Below, piece after piece: positions 49,183 to 57,995 of a stretch of 64,000 bases of DNA. This stretch comes from Candidatus Eiseniibacteriota bacterium (GTDB lineage: Bacteria; Eisenbacteria; RBG-16-71-46; CAZAMP01). The notes below the pieces were generated by a model. It worked only from the letters and a program-made list of their open reading frames with translations, was not told the origin of the DNA and made no database searches. Every line of letters begins with the position of its first letter. Position 1 is the first letter of the stretch. The position numbers were made by a program, and so were the translations under genes. The stretch covers positions 3,680,001-3,744,000 of the forward strand of contig OZ245046.1 of the NCBI GenBank assembly GCA_965224245.1, given 5' to 3'.

Positions 49183-50243
49183 GCGCCCACTCCCGATGCC
49201 GGGACCAGCTCGTCGGCCACCAGCGTGGCCAGGGCGCGAACGAAGCTCGGTCGCACGTTGAGACCCGGTGAGCGCTCGTACTCGGTGATCCCGAGCTCGT
49301 GCGCGACCTCCCGGTACTGCACGTCGAGCTCCTCGAGCGTCTCGATGTGATCGGACACGAAGCTCACCGGAACGACCACGACGCGGTGATGACCGTCCTT
49401 CGCGAGCGCCTCCAGCGCGCTCGGCGTCGACGGCGTGAGCCAGCGGACCGGGCCGGTGCGACTCTGGAACGCGAGGCGCCACTCACCCGTCCAGGCGAGC
49501 TCGGCGACCACCGCGCGCACCGTGCGCTTCACGTGTGCGAGGTACGGATCCCCCTCTTCGATGAACCGGACCGGCAGGCTGTGCGCGCTGAACAGGAGCA
49601 CGGGCTCCTCGCCCCCGGTCGCCATCGCACGCCCGATCGACTCCCGCACCGTCTCGGCCAGTGCCGCGACGTACGGCGGAAACGCCTCCCAGGACTTGAC
49701 CACGCGGAGGTCGAGGGTCGATCCGAGGCGGCGCGTCGCGTCGTCGAGCGCGTTCAGTGACGAGCCCGTCGTCGCCTTGGAGTACTGCGGGTACAGCGGC
49801 AGCACGACCGCCCGCTCGATGCCGTCGGCCATCATCGCCTCGATCGCCTCGTCCACGAACGGCTTCCAGTACCGCATGCCCACGTAGACGCGTGTGGACA
49901 CGCCGCGCTCGGCGAGGCAGTCCTCGAGCGCCTCGGCCTGATCGAACGTGAAGGTGAGCTGGGGCGAGCAGCCCCCCATCATCCGGTACCCCGGGGCCAC
50001 CTTCGGAGCGCGCGACCTCGCGATCAGCCGCGCGAGCAACATCTGGCTCCACGCCGGCATCGGAAACCGGATGATCTGCCGATCGGAGAAGAGATTCCGG
50101 AGGAACGGCCGGATCGACTCGATGCGATCGGGCCCCCCCATGTTCAGCAGCAGCACCCCCGTCGCGGACTCGCCGGGCGGGACGCTCGTGCGCCGCCTCG
50201 GCGCCCACTCGGTGATCTCGCGGGCCGGCGCGTGCGTGCTCAT
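49179..50243 (-). CDS. hemH: Ferrochelatase
   Basis: GVLLLNMGGP, GMRYWKP, LPLYPQYS, FSAHSLP, FQSR.GP..WL.P and FVSDHIETLEELD. Confidence 0.95.
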   Translation of the reverse strand: MSTHAPAREITEWAPRRRTSVPPGESATGVLLLNMGGPDRIESIRPFLRNLFSDRQIIRFPMPAWSQMLLARLIARSRAPKVAPGYRMMGGCSPQLTFTFDQAEALEDCLAERGVSTRVYVGMRYWKPFVDEAIEAMMADGIERAVVLPLYPQYSKATTGSSLNALDDATRRLGSTLDLRVVKSWEAFPPYVAALAETVRESIGRAMATGGEEPVLLFSAHSLPVRFIEEGDPYLAHVKRTVRAVVAELAWTGEWRLAFQSRTGPVRWLTPSTPSALEALAKDGHHRVVVVPVSFVSDHIETLEELDVQYREVAHELGITEYERSPGLNVRPSFVRALATLVADELVPASGVGA

Positions 50244-51634
50244 ATCGTCCTCGAGAAAATGGGCTTGTCGTCGGGTCGCGCCGTCAGGTAGCGATCGAAG
50301 AGCATGCAGAGGTTGCGCACGAACAGCCGGCCCCGCGGCGTGACCTCGAGCCGATCCGACCCGAGGGCGAAGAAGTCGGGGTCGATCGTGTCCCCCAGCT
50401 CCTCGAGCTCCGCGTCGAAGTACTCCAGGAAGTGGACGCCATGATGCTCGCGGATCGCGTCGAAGCGAACCTCGAAGTTGCACATCAGCTCGCGGATGAC
50501 CTCGGCGCGGACGAGATCGTCGTCGTCGAGCACATACCCCCGATGAACGGGCAGCTCGTCCCGATCGAGGCTCTCGTAGTAGCGCTTGAGCACGAGACCG
50601 TTCTGGGTGAAGGCGTTCTGGACGTAGCTGATGGACGAGATGCCGAACGCCAGCATGTCCTGGGCGGGGCGCGTCGTGTAGCCCATGAAGTTCCGGTGGA
50701 GCCGCTTCTCGCGCCGGGCCACGGCCAGCTCGTCCTCGGGCAGCGCGTAGTGGTCCATGCCGATCTGCTCGTACCCGGCGTCCACGAAGTCGCGAATCGT
50801 GTCGAGGTAGATCTGGAACTTGTCGTCCACCGACGGCAACGTCGCCTCGTCGATCCGGCGCTGATGGCCCTTGATCCACGGCACGTGCGCATAGCTGTAG
50901 ACGGCCAGACGGTCGGGGCGCATCTCGCGCACGATCTCGCGCGTGTACCGGAATGCCTCGGGGCTCTGGTTGGGCAGCCCGTAGATCAGATCGAAGTTGA
51001 CGCCGGTGAAACCGGCCTCGCGACACGCATCGTAGATCTCGCGGGTCACGTCCACCGTCTGCGGCCGGTTGACCGACGAGAGGACGGTCATGTCGAAGTC
51101 CTGCACGCCGAGCGAGACCCGGTTGAATCCGAGCCCGCGGAGCGTGGCGATGTGATCGCGCGTCGTCACCGTGGGGTCGATCTCGATCGAGAGCTCCGCT
51201 CCGTCGAGCATCGTGAAGCGTTCGCGGATCACGCCGCCCAGACGTTCGAGCTGCTCGGGGCTCAGAAACGTCGGCGTTCCCCCGCCGATGTGGAGCTGGA
51301 TCACGTTCCGGCGGGTACGGAGATCCCGCTGGACGAGATCCATCTCCCGGGCGAGTGCGTCGATGTAGCGATCGGCGGCCCCCTGGTGCTTGGTCACGAC
51401 CACGTTGCAGCCGCAGAACGTGCATCGCTCCTTGCAGAACGGCACGTGCACGTAGACCGACAGCGGCGCGTCGGGTCGCTCGTCGGCCGCGGCCAGGTGG
51501 CGGCGGTGGATCGCCTCCTCGAAATCGGGCTTCCATACCGGCGCCGTCGGATAGCTCGTATAGCGCGGTCCGGGCCGGTCGTAGCTACGGAGAAGCGCCG
51601 CGTCGACACCGTCCAGCCAGCTTCCGGTGCTCAT
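50240..51634 (-). CDS. hemN: Oxygen-independent coproporphyrinogen III dehydrogenase (radical SAM)
   Basis: GPRYTSYPTA, YVHVPFCKERCTFCGCN, GGGTPT, IGMDHY and RNFMGYT. Confidence 0.95.
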   Translation of the reverse strand: MSTGSWLDGVDAALLRSYDRPGPRYTSYPTAPVWKPDFEEAIHRRHLAAADERPDAPLSVYVHVPFCKERCTFCGCNVVVTKHQGAADRYIDALAREMDLVQRDLRTRRNVIQLHIGGGTPTFLSPEQLERLGGVIRERFTMLDGAELSIEIDPTVTTRDHIATLRGLGFNRVSLGVQDFDMTVLSSVNRPQTVDVTREIYDACREAGFTGVNFDLIYGLPNQSPEAFRYTREIVREMRPDRLAVYSYAHVPWIKGHQRRIDEATLPSVDDKFQIYLDTIRDFVDAGYEQIGMDHYALPEDELAVARREKRLHRNFMGYTTRPAQDMLAFGISSISYVQNAFTQNGLVLKRYYESLDRDELPVHRGYVLDDDDLVRAEVIRELMCNFEVRFDAIREHHGVHFLEYFDAELEELGDTIDPDFFALGSDRLEVTPRGRLFVRNLCMLFDRYLTARPDDKPIFSRTI

Positions 51635-52722
51635 CCCTGCCTCCCTGCCACGAGGGGTGCGTTCCCGCGCTCGTAGGCCCGGACGCACGAAACCAGAACG
51701 CCGACGTTCTCGGGTGGAACGCCGGGCAGGATCCCGTGTCCGAGGTTGAACACGTAGCCGCCGCCGGTCGCCGCCCCTGCGTCGAGCGTCGCGCGCACGC
51801 GATCGCGGATCGTGTCGGGGTGGCCGAACAGGATCGTCGGATCCAGGTTTCCCTGGAGCGCCCGGCCCGGAAGGCGGCGGTGCGCGGCCGTCAGCGGCGT
51901 TCTCCAGTCCACGCCGACGACGTCGGCATCGATCTCGGCGATCACATCCAGAAGGTGCGACCCCCCGTTCACGAACAGGATCCCCGGCGCACCCTTGGCG
52001 CGCAGGCGCGAGAAGATGTCCGCCAGGTACGGGGCCGCGAACGTGCGGTAGTCCTCGGCCGAGAGCATGCCGCCCCAGCTGTCGAAGACCTGAAAGGCGG
52101 ATGCCCCCGCGTCGAGCTGGGCGCTCAGGTGCTCGACGATCATGTCGGCAAAGCGGCGGAACAGCGCATGCGCGAGATCGGGCTCGGAGAACATGAGACC
52201 CTTCAGCCGCGCGAACTGCTTCGACGAGCCGCCCTCGACCGCATAGCTGGCCAAAGTGAACGGGGCGCCGGTGAAGACGATCAGCGGCGTGCCGTCGAGT
52301 CGCCGAACCGCCAGCTCGACCGCGTCCGTCACGTAGGCCAGGTCGCGACGCGTGTCGACGCGACGCAGACGCTCGACGTCCGCCGCGGTCCGGACGGGGT
52401 TGGCGATCCTGGGTCCGCCCTCGGGATAGGCGACCTCGAGGCCCATCGCCTCCAGGGGAACCAGGATGTCGCTGAACAGGATCGCGGCATCGAACCCGAA
52501 CCGCCGGATCGGCTGGAGCGTCACCTCCACCGCCAGCTCCGGCGTCCGGCACATCTCCAGGAACGAGGCGCGCTCGCGAACGGCCCGATACTCGGGCAGG
52601 TAGCGCCCCGCCTGACGCATGAGCCACAGGGGGATGCGCTCGGTCGGCTCGTTGCGGCACGCCCTGAGGAACAGTGCGTTCACGTCGCCGTTCGCCTGGC
52701 GGTCGCCGGGTGTCGTGCTCAT
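51631..52722 (-). CDS. hemE: Uroporphyrinogen decarboxylase
   Basis: WLMRQAGRYLPEY, AAILFSDIL, QGNLDP and FNLGHGI. Confidence 0.96.
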   Translation of the reverse strand: MSTTPGDRQANGDVNALFLRACRNEPTERIPLWLMRQAGRYLPEYRAVRERASFLEMCRTPELAVEVTLQPIRRFGFDAAILFSDILVPLEAMGLEVAYPEGGPRIANPVRTAADVERLRRVDTRRDLAYVTDAVELAVRRLDGTPLIVFTGAPFTLASYAVEGGSSKQFARLKGLMFSEPDLAHALFRRFADMIVEHLSAQLDAGASAFQVFDSWGGMLSAEDYRTFAAPYLADIFSRLRAKGAPGILFVNGGSHLLDVIAEIDADVVGVDWRTPLTAAHRRLPGRALQGNLDPTILFGHPDTIRDRVRATLDAGAATGGGYVFNLGHGILPGVPPENVGVLVSCVRAYERGNAPLVAGRQG

Positions 52723-54089
52723 CGCTCACCTCCGATCGCGGCCCCCGATGGACGTCCGTGCGCGATCGCGAGGGCCTCTCCGATGGCCGTCACCGTGCGG
52801 CGCAGCGTATCCGCGTCGTGCGCGGCGGAGATGAACCCGACCTCGTAGCCCGACGGCGCGAAGTAGATGCCCCGCTCGAGGAGCGCACCGTGGAATGCCG
52901 CGTACCGATCGATGCCGTCGGTCTGGATCTCGTGGAACGAGCGCGGCGCCGGCGCGGGCTGGAACGCGAGCCAGAAGATCGAGCCGGCCCGGACGAGCGT
53001 CACGGGCACGTTCAGGGTCACGATCGCGTCTCGCACGCCTCGCTCGAACGCCGCGCTCTTCTCCTCGAGCGCCTCGAAGAACCCGTCGCGGAGCACCTCC
53101 CGCAGCGCCGCGGTTCCGGCCGCCATCGCGACCGGGTTGCCCGAGAGCGTGCCCGCCTGATAGACCGGCCCCATCGGGGCCAGGAGCGCCATCAGGTCCG
53201 CTCGGCCGCCGAAGGCCGCCATCGGCATGCCGCCGCCGATGACCTTGCCGAACGTACGGAGATCGGGCTCGATCCCGTACAAACCGGCAGCGCCGGCGGG
53301 ACCCACGCGGAAGCCACTGATCACCTCGTCGAAGATCAGGAGCGCGCCCGCGTCGCGCGTCGAGCGGGCCAGGGTCGTGAGAAACTCGGGCCGCTGAAGC
53401 AGCAGCCCCGCGTTCGCCGGAATGGGCTCCACGATGACCGCGGCCACCTCGGCGCCCCGCTCGGCGAAGAGGCGCGCGACCGCGTCCTCGTCGTCGAGAG
53501 GAAGCACGATCGTCTGCCGCGTCATGTCGGCCGGGACACCCGAGGAGGACGGGGTCCCGAACGTCGCGAGCCCCGATCCGCCCTTCACGAGCAGGTGATC
53601 CACGTGTCCGTGGTAGCAGCCCTCGAACTTCACGATCAGATCGCGGCCGGTCGCCCCGCGCGCCAGGCGCACGGCCGACATCACGGCCTCGGTGCCGCTG
53701 TTGACGAACCGCACGCGTTCGAGCCCGGGCACCGCTCCGGTGACGAGTTCGGCCAGCTCGACCTCGCGCCGCGAGGGGGCGCCGAAGCTGAGCCCCTCGG
53801 CGGCCGCGGACGTCACCGCATTCACCACGGCCTCGTGCGCGTGCCCGAGGATCAGCGGGCCCCAGGAGCAGCAGTAATCGACGAAGGTGTTGCCGTCCTC
53901 GTCGACGAACGTCGCCCCTTTCGCCTCGCGGAAGAAGATGGGTGTTCCGCCGACCGCGCCGAACGCGCGGACCGGGGAGTTCACGCCACCGGGCATCAGC
54001 GCGCGAGCCCGGTCGATCAGCTCGCGCGAACGGTCCAGGGTCGGACCGCCCCGCTGCGAGCGCGCGGTGTCGGGGGTCTTCAGAGCCAT
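52719..54089 (-). CDS. hemL: Glutamate-1-semialdehyde 2,1-aminomutase
   Basis: PGGVNSPVRAF, SWGPLILGH, NSGTEA, FDEVISGFR, GKVIGGG and YQAGTLSGNP. Confidence 0.96.
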   Translation of the reverse strand: MALKTPDTARSQRGGPTLDRSRELIDRARALMPGGVNSPVRAFGAVGGTPIFFREAKGATFVDEDGNTFVDYCCSWGPLILGHAHEAVVNAVTSAAAEGLSFGAPSRREVELAELVTGAVPGLERVRFVNSGTEAVMSAVRLARGATGRDLIVKFEGCYHGHVDHLLVKGGSGLATFGTPSSSGVPADMTRQTIVLPLDDEDAVARLFAERGAEVAAVIVEPIPANAGLLLQRPEFLTTLARSTRDAGALLIFDEVISGFRVGPAGAAGLYGIEPDLRTFGKVIGGGMPMAAFGGRADLMALLAPMGPVYQAGTLSGNPVAMAAGTAALREVLRDGFFEALEEKSAAFERGVRDAIVTLNVPVTLVRAGSIFWLAFQPAPAPRSFHEIQTDGIDRYAAFHGALLERGIYFAPSGYEVGFISAAHDADTLRRTVTAIGEALAIAHGRPSGAAIGGER

Positions 54090-55075
54090 CGGTTCTCCAG
54101 TACGTCGCGTGCGTGATACGTGATCAAGATGTCCGCCCCGGCGCGGGCGATGGCCGTCAGGTTCTCGAGCACGATCGCGCGCTCGTCCGCGAGCCCCTCG
54201 CGGGCAGCCAGCTTCACCATCGAGTACTCGCCGCTGACGTTGTAGGCGGCCAGGGGAAGCGTCGTCGCGTCGCGCACCCTCCGGATGACGTCCAGGTAGG
54301 CGAGCGCCGGCTTGACCATCAGGATGTCCGCTCCCTCCTCCTCGTCGATCAGCGCCTCATGGAGCGCCTCGCGCGCATTGCGTGCGTCCATCTGATACGA
54401 GCGGCGATCGCCGGACGCCGGTGCGGAGTCGGCGGCGTCACGGAACGGGCCGTAGTACGCGGAGGCGTACTTGACCGCGTAGGACATGATCGCCGTGTTC
54501 GTGAACCCCTCCCGATCGAGCCCGGTCCGGATGGCGGCCACGCGCCCGTCCATCATGTCCGACGGCGCGACGACGTCGGCGCCTGCCCGTGCGTGTGAGA
54601 GCGCCATGTCCGCCAGAAGGGGCAGGGACGCGTCGTTGTCGATGACGCCGCCGTCGAGCACACCGCAGTGCCCGTGGTCGGTGTAGGCACACAGACACAC
54701 GTCGGTGGCAACCGTGACGTCGTCGCCGAAGCGGCTCTTCACCGCGGCGACGGCGCGGGAGACCAGCGCGTCCTCCTTCGTGGCGGCGCTCGCGACCGCG
54801 TCCTTGTGGTCGCTGAGACCGAACAGGAGCACGCGCCGGATGCCGCGTTCGAGGTCCCGTTCGACGGTCTCGAGAAGCGTGTCGGGGGTTTCCCGGTGAA
54901 TGCCGGGCATGCTCGGGATCGGCTGGCGATCCCCACCGCGACCGGGCGCGCCGTCGCGCACGAAGTGCGGCTGCATCATCTGGTCGGGATGGAGACGGGT
55001 CTCGGCGACCAGATCCCGGATGCGGGCGCTCGCGCGAAGCCGCCGCGGCCTCGCGATCAGTCCTTCGTCAAGCAT
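54080..55075 (-). CDS. hemB: Porphobilinogen synthase (Zn type)
   Basis: DVCLCAYTDHGHCG, APSDMMDGRV, YGPFRDA, MVKPAL and YNVSGEY. Confidence 0.96.
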   Translation of the reverse strand: MLDEGLIARPRRLRASARIRDLVAETRLHPDQMMQPHFVRDGAPGRGGDRQPIPSMPGIHRETPDTLLETVERDLERGIRRVLLFGLSDHKDAVASAATKEDALVSRAVAAVKSRFGDDVTVATDVCLCAYTDHGHCGVLDGGVIDNDASLPLLADMALSHARAGADVVAPSDMMDGRVAAIRTGLDREGFTNTAIMSYAVKYASAYYGPFRDAADSAPASGDRRSYQMDARNAREALHEALIDEEEGADILMVKPALAYLDVIRRVRDATTLPLAAYNVSGEYSMVKLAAREGLADERAIVLENLTAIARAGADILITYHARDVLENRWL

Positions 55076-56715
55076 GCGATGAGACCTTCCATCGTGTGGC
55101 GTGTCGCCTCGGTGAACACATCCACCGAGCGCGCACGGGCCTCGGCCGAGGTGACCGGTCCGATCGTGACGACGCGGGCACCGGCGGGAACGTCCGTGAC
55201 GTCCGTGAAGTGGCGGACCGCCGACGGCGACGCGAAGAGGACGTAGTCCGCGCCGGCGAGCGCCTCCACGTCCAGCGTGGACGGGTCGGTGGCTCGCGTC
55301 CGATAGACCGGCAGCGTGACCACGTCGTGGCCCGCCGTGGCCAGTCCATCGGCCAGCACCGTGCGTCCCTCACGCGCGGACGGGATGAGCACGCGATACC
55401 GCCCGGTTCCGTTCTGCGAGAGCATCGCGTCGAGGAGCGCGTCCGAGATCGCCTGGGCCGGCACGAGGTCGGGCTCACGCCCCAGCTCCCGGAGGGCGGC
55501 CGCGGTCCCGGGACCGACGACGCCGATCCTGGCGCCCTCGGGCAGTGTCCGCCGCGCTCGTGCGAGTCGCTCACCGAGCTGCCGGACGGCGTTCGCACTC
55601 GGAAACAGGATCCAGTCGTAGGCGTCGAGCTCGGCCAGCGTGGATGCCTCGAGATCGGGATCGGAGTCGGGGACGATCTCGAGCACCGGGAAAGATACGA
55701 CGACGGCACCCTGCGCCTCGAGACCCGCGATCAGAGGATCCTCGTCGGCAGCCTCGCGCGTCACGACGACGCGCTTGCCGGCGAGGTTCCGACCGGGACC
55801 GACAGACGCGGCGCGGATGCGCTCGTGGGCATGTCGCGCGAGAGCCAAGGAGTCACGAGCGCTCGCGCGAACGCGCACCGCATGGGTGCCGTCGTCGTGG
55901 GAGTGATAAACCATGATCGTGTGGCGATCGGAGTCGTCGGGATCGGTCAGGATGTGCGCACCGAGAGGAAGCGAGCATCCGCCGCCGAACATGCCCAGGA
56001 GCGAGCGCTCCGCGTCGACGACAGCCGCCACGCCGGCATCGTGCAGCATCGCGACCGGCCCCACCACCCGGTCGTCGCCTGCCCGCACCTGAACCGCGAG
56101 CGCCCCCTGACCCGGGGCGGGAACGAACACGTCGACGTCCAGCGGCACCGCGATCAGGCCCCCGAGATCCAGCTCCAGGCGCGATACGCCGGCCTGGGCG
56201 ATCAGGATGGCGTCGTGCGCGCCCTCGCGGAGGCGACGCACGCGCGTGGGCACGTTGCCGCGGAGCGACTCCACCGCGAGATCGGGGCGGAGGTTCAGAA
56301 GCTGTGCGCGACGCCTCACCGAGCTCGTGCCGACCCGTGCGCCGGGCGCCAGCGGCAGCGGCGCCATCTTCGGATCGTGGTGCGCCTCGGCCACGAGCAG
56401 GAGGTCACGCGGGTCGGCGCGCTCCGGAACCGCGGCGATCGCGAGGTCCGGTGGCATCTCGGTCGGAAGGTCCTTCAGCGAGTGCACGGCGATGTCGATG
56501 CGCCGTTCGCGCAGCGCCTGCTCGAGCTCGGCGGTGAAGAACCCCTTCCCCTCGATCTCGATGAAGGGACGGTCGTCGATCCGGTCGCCCTGGGTGCGGA
56601 TGATGTCGATGCGCGACTCCATCGCCGCGCGCTCGCGCAGGAGCGACTGAACGTGGCGGGCCTGCCACAGGGCGAGGTCGCTCCCGCGACTTCCGATGAC
56701 GAGGGGAGTGTTCAC
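55057..56715 (-). CDS. hemC: Fused hydroxymethylbilane synthase/uroporphyrinogen-III synthase (HemC-HemD)
   Basis: GSRGSDLALWQA, AVHSLKDLP, GTSSVRR, RGNVPTR and GGCSLPLG, followed by HemD motifs VVVTR, F.SANAV, VGPGTA, YRT, FASPSAV and IGPVT. Confidence 0.93.
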   Translation of the reverse strand: MNTPLVIGSRGSDLALWQARHVQSLLRERAAMESRIDIIRTQGDRIDDRPFIEIEGKGFFTAELEQALRERRIDIAVHSLKDLPTEMPPDLAIAAVPERADPRDLLLVAEAHHDPKMAPLPLAPGARVGTSSVRRRAQLLNLRPDLAVESLRGNVPTRVRRLREGAHDAILIAQAGVSRLELDLGGLIAVPLDVDVFVPAPGQGALAVQVRAGDDRVVGPVAMLHDAGVAAVVDAERSLLGMFGGGCSLPLGAHILTDPDDSDRHTIMVYHSHDDGTHAVRVRASARDSLALARHAHERIRAASVGPGRNLAGKRVVVTREAADEDPLIAGLEAQGAVVVSFPVLEIVPDSDPDLEASTLAELDAYDWILFPSANAVRQLGERLARARRTLPEGARIGVVGPGTAAALRELGREPDLVPAQAISDALLDAMLSQNGTGRYRVLIPSAREGRTVLADGLATAGHDVVTLPVYRTRATDPSTLDVEALAGADYVLFASPSAVRHFTDVTDVPAGARVVTIGPVTSAEARARSVDVFTEATRHTMEGLIACLTKD

Positions 56716-56737
56716 GACGTGCCACCGATTCTTCCAG

Positions 56738-57847
56738 CTAGAGCATGCCTGCCGCGACGGGGTCGACGCAGAGCACGTCGACGAGCCGGCGGCTCATGGC
56801 TGCCGGATACGTGACCACCGCCTCCGCGACCGCCCGCTCGGCGGCGTCGACGGCCACGACGGCTTTCTCGGAGTTGCTGCGCGACTCCTCGCGCAGATCG
56901 TCGATCGTGACCACGCGCACGTCCGGCAGATCGTCCAGGTCGGGGTCGGTGTCGCGCGGCGCGGCCAGGTCGACCACCAGCAACCGATCGGGGTCGCCGG
57001 CGCGCGCGGTCCCGAGCCGCGGCGCAGGACGCGGCGCATCGAGGAGCGGCGCCAGCGACGACCGATCGAGGATCGCATGCGGCGCGGAGGTAGCCGTCAC
57101 GATCACGTCCGTGGGCGGGGGATCGGCGAGGAACGCCTCGAGCGACATCACGCGAGCGCCGTGACGCTCGGCGGTCGCGCGGATCTTGGCCGGCGTGCGA
57201 TTCACGAGACGGAGGTTCGTGTAGCCGCGGCCCGAAAGGAACATCGCGATCTTCGAGCTCATCTCGCCGCTGCCGATGATCGCGATCGCCGAATCGCTCG
57301 CGCGGTGGCCGGCGGTCACGACGCCCACGGCGAGCGTCGCCATCGAGACGGAGCCGGCTCCGAGCGAGGTCTTCCGGCGCACGTCGCGCGCGCAGCGGAA
57401 GGTCTCCTCGAAGATGCACTCGAGCCACGAGCAGGCGATGCCGGCGGCATGCGACGCGTGGTAGGCCCGCTTCACCTGTCCGAGGATCTGCGCCTCGCCC
57501 ACGACCATCGAGTCGAGCGAGCAGGCCACCCGGAAGAGGTGGCGCACCGCGGCGTCCCCCCGGTGCACGTGGAACGCGCGGCGCCACGTCGGATCGGGCA
57601 GGACGCCCCGCAGCCGTGCGAAGTAGCCGAAGACGCGCCCGAGCAGCTCGCTGTCGGGCGTGTGACGGGTGTCGGCGACGACGAACTCCACCCGGTTGCA
57701 GGTCGGCACGTACACGAGCTCGTCCACACCCAGCGCGCGGTGGAGGTCCCGGAGGCTCCCCGGGTCTTCGGACGGCAGATGAAACACGTCGCGAAGCGCC
57801 CCGTCACTCTCTCTAAAGCTAGTCCCGACAACCACATACCGTTCCAT
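56738..57847 (-). CDS. hemA: Glutamyl-tRNA reductase (short C-terminus)
   Basis: TCNRVE, HLFRVACSLDSMVVGEAQILGQVK, GSGEM, NRT and DLAAPRD. GGAGG RBS before ATG 57847. Confidence 0.92.
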   Translation of the reverse strand: MERYVVVGTSFRESDGALRDVFHLPSEDPGSLRDLHRALGVDELVYVPTCNRVEFVVADTRHTPDSELLGRVFGYFARLRGVLPDPTWRRAFHVHRGDAAVRHLFRVACSLDSMVVGEAQILGQVKRAYHASHAAGIACSWLECIFEETFRCARDVRRKTSLGAGSVSMATLAVGVVTAGHRASDSAIAIIGSGEMSSKIAMFLSGRGYTNLRLVNRTPAKIRATAERHGARVMSLEAFLADPPPTDVIVTATSAPHAILDRSSLAPLLDAPRPAPRLGTARAGDPDRLLVVDLAAPRDTDPDLDDLPDVRVVTIDDLREESRSNSEKAVVAVDAAERAVAEAVVTYPAAMSRRLVDVLCVDPVAAGML

Positions 57848-57887
57848 CACCGACCTCCGACGCTCGATGTCTCTTCCGCAGCAGGAG

Positions 57888-57931
57888 AGTCTATGAGGGC
57901 GGCGGTGTCGAGTTGTCATGCAGTTGTCATG
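57888..57931 (-). promoter_or_regulatory. hemA promoter with OmpR/PhoB-type direct repeat TGACA-N6-TGACA
   Basis: AGTTGTCATG repeated at 57911 and 57922 (11-bp period). Minus-strand -10 TAGACT at 57893-57888. Confidence 0.72.
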
Positions 57932-57995
57932 ACGGAGGTAGGTGGTTTCCGAGACGTCTCCGTGTGATGATCCGCGCTCGCTGGAGGGAGACACG

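Noticed and set aside
56712-56740. Readthrough or frameshift extending hemA to meet or fuse with hemC
   Set aside because: hemC is in a different frame, the gain would be only a few residues, and there are no pyl genes or slippery site.
1694-56814. Many long alternative-frame or antisense ORFs in the track (e.g. 1694-4645 +, 4231-6885 +, 20174-23185 -, 30011-32890 -, 42491-44641 +, 55096-56814 +)
   Set aside because: They are Arg/Gly/Pro-rich, lack motifs and shadow well-supported genes, as expected where high GC makes stop codons scarce.
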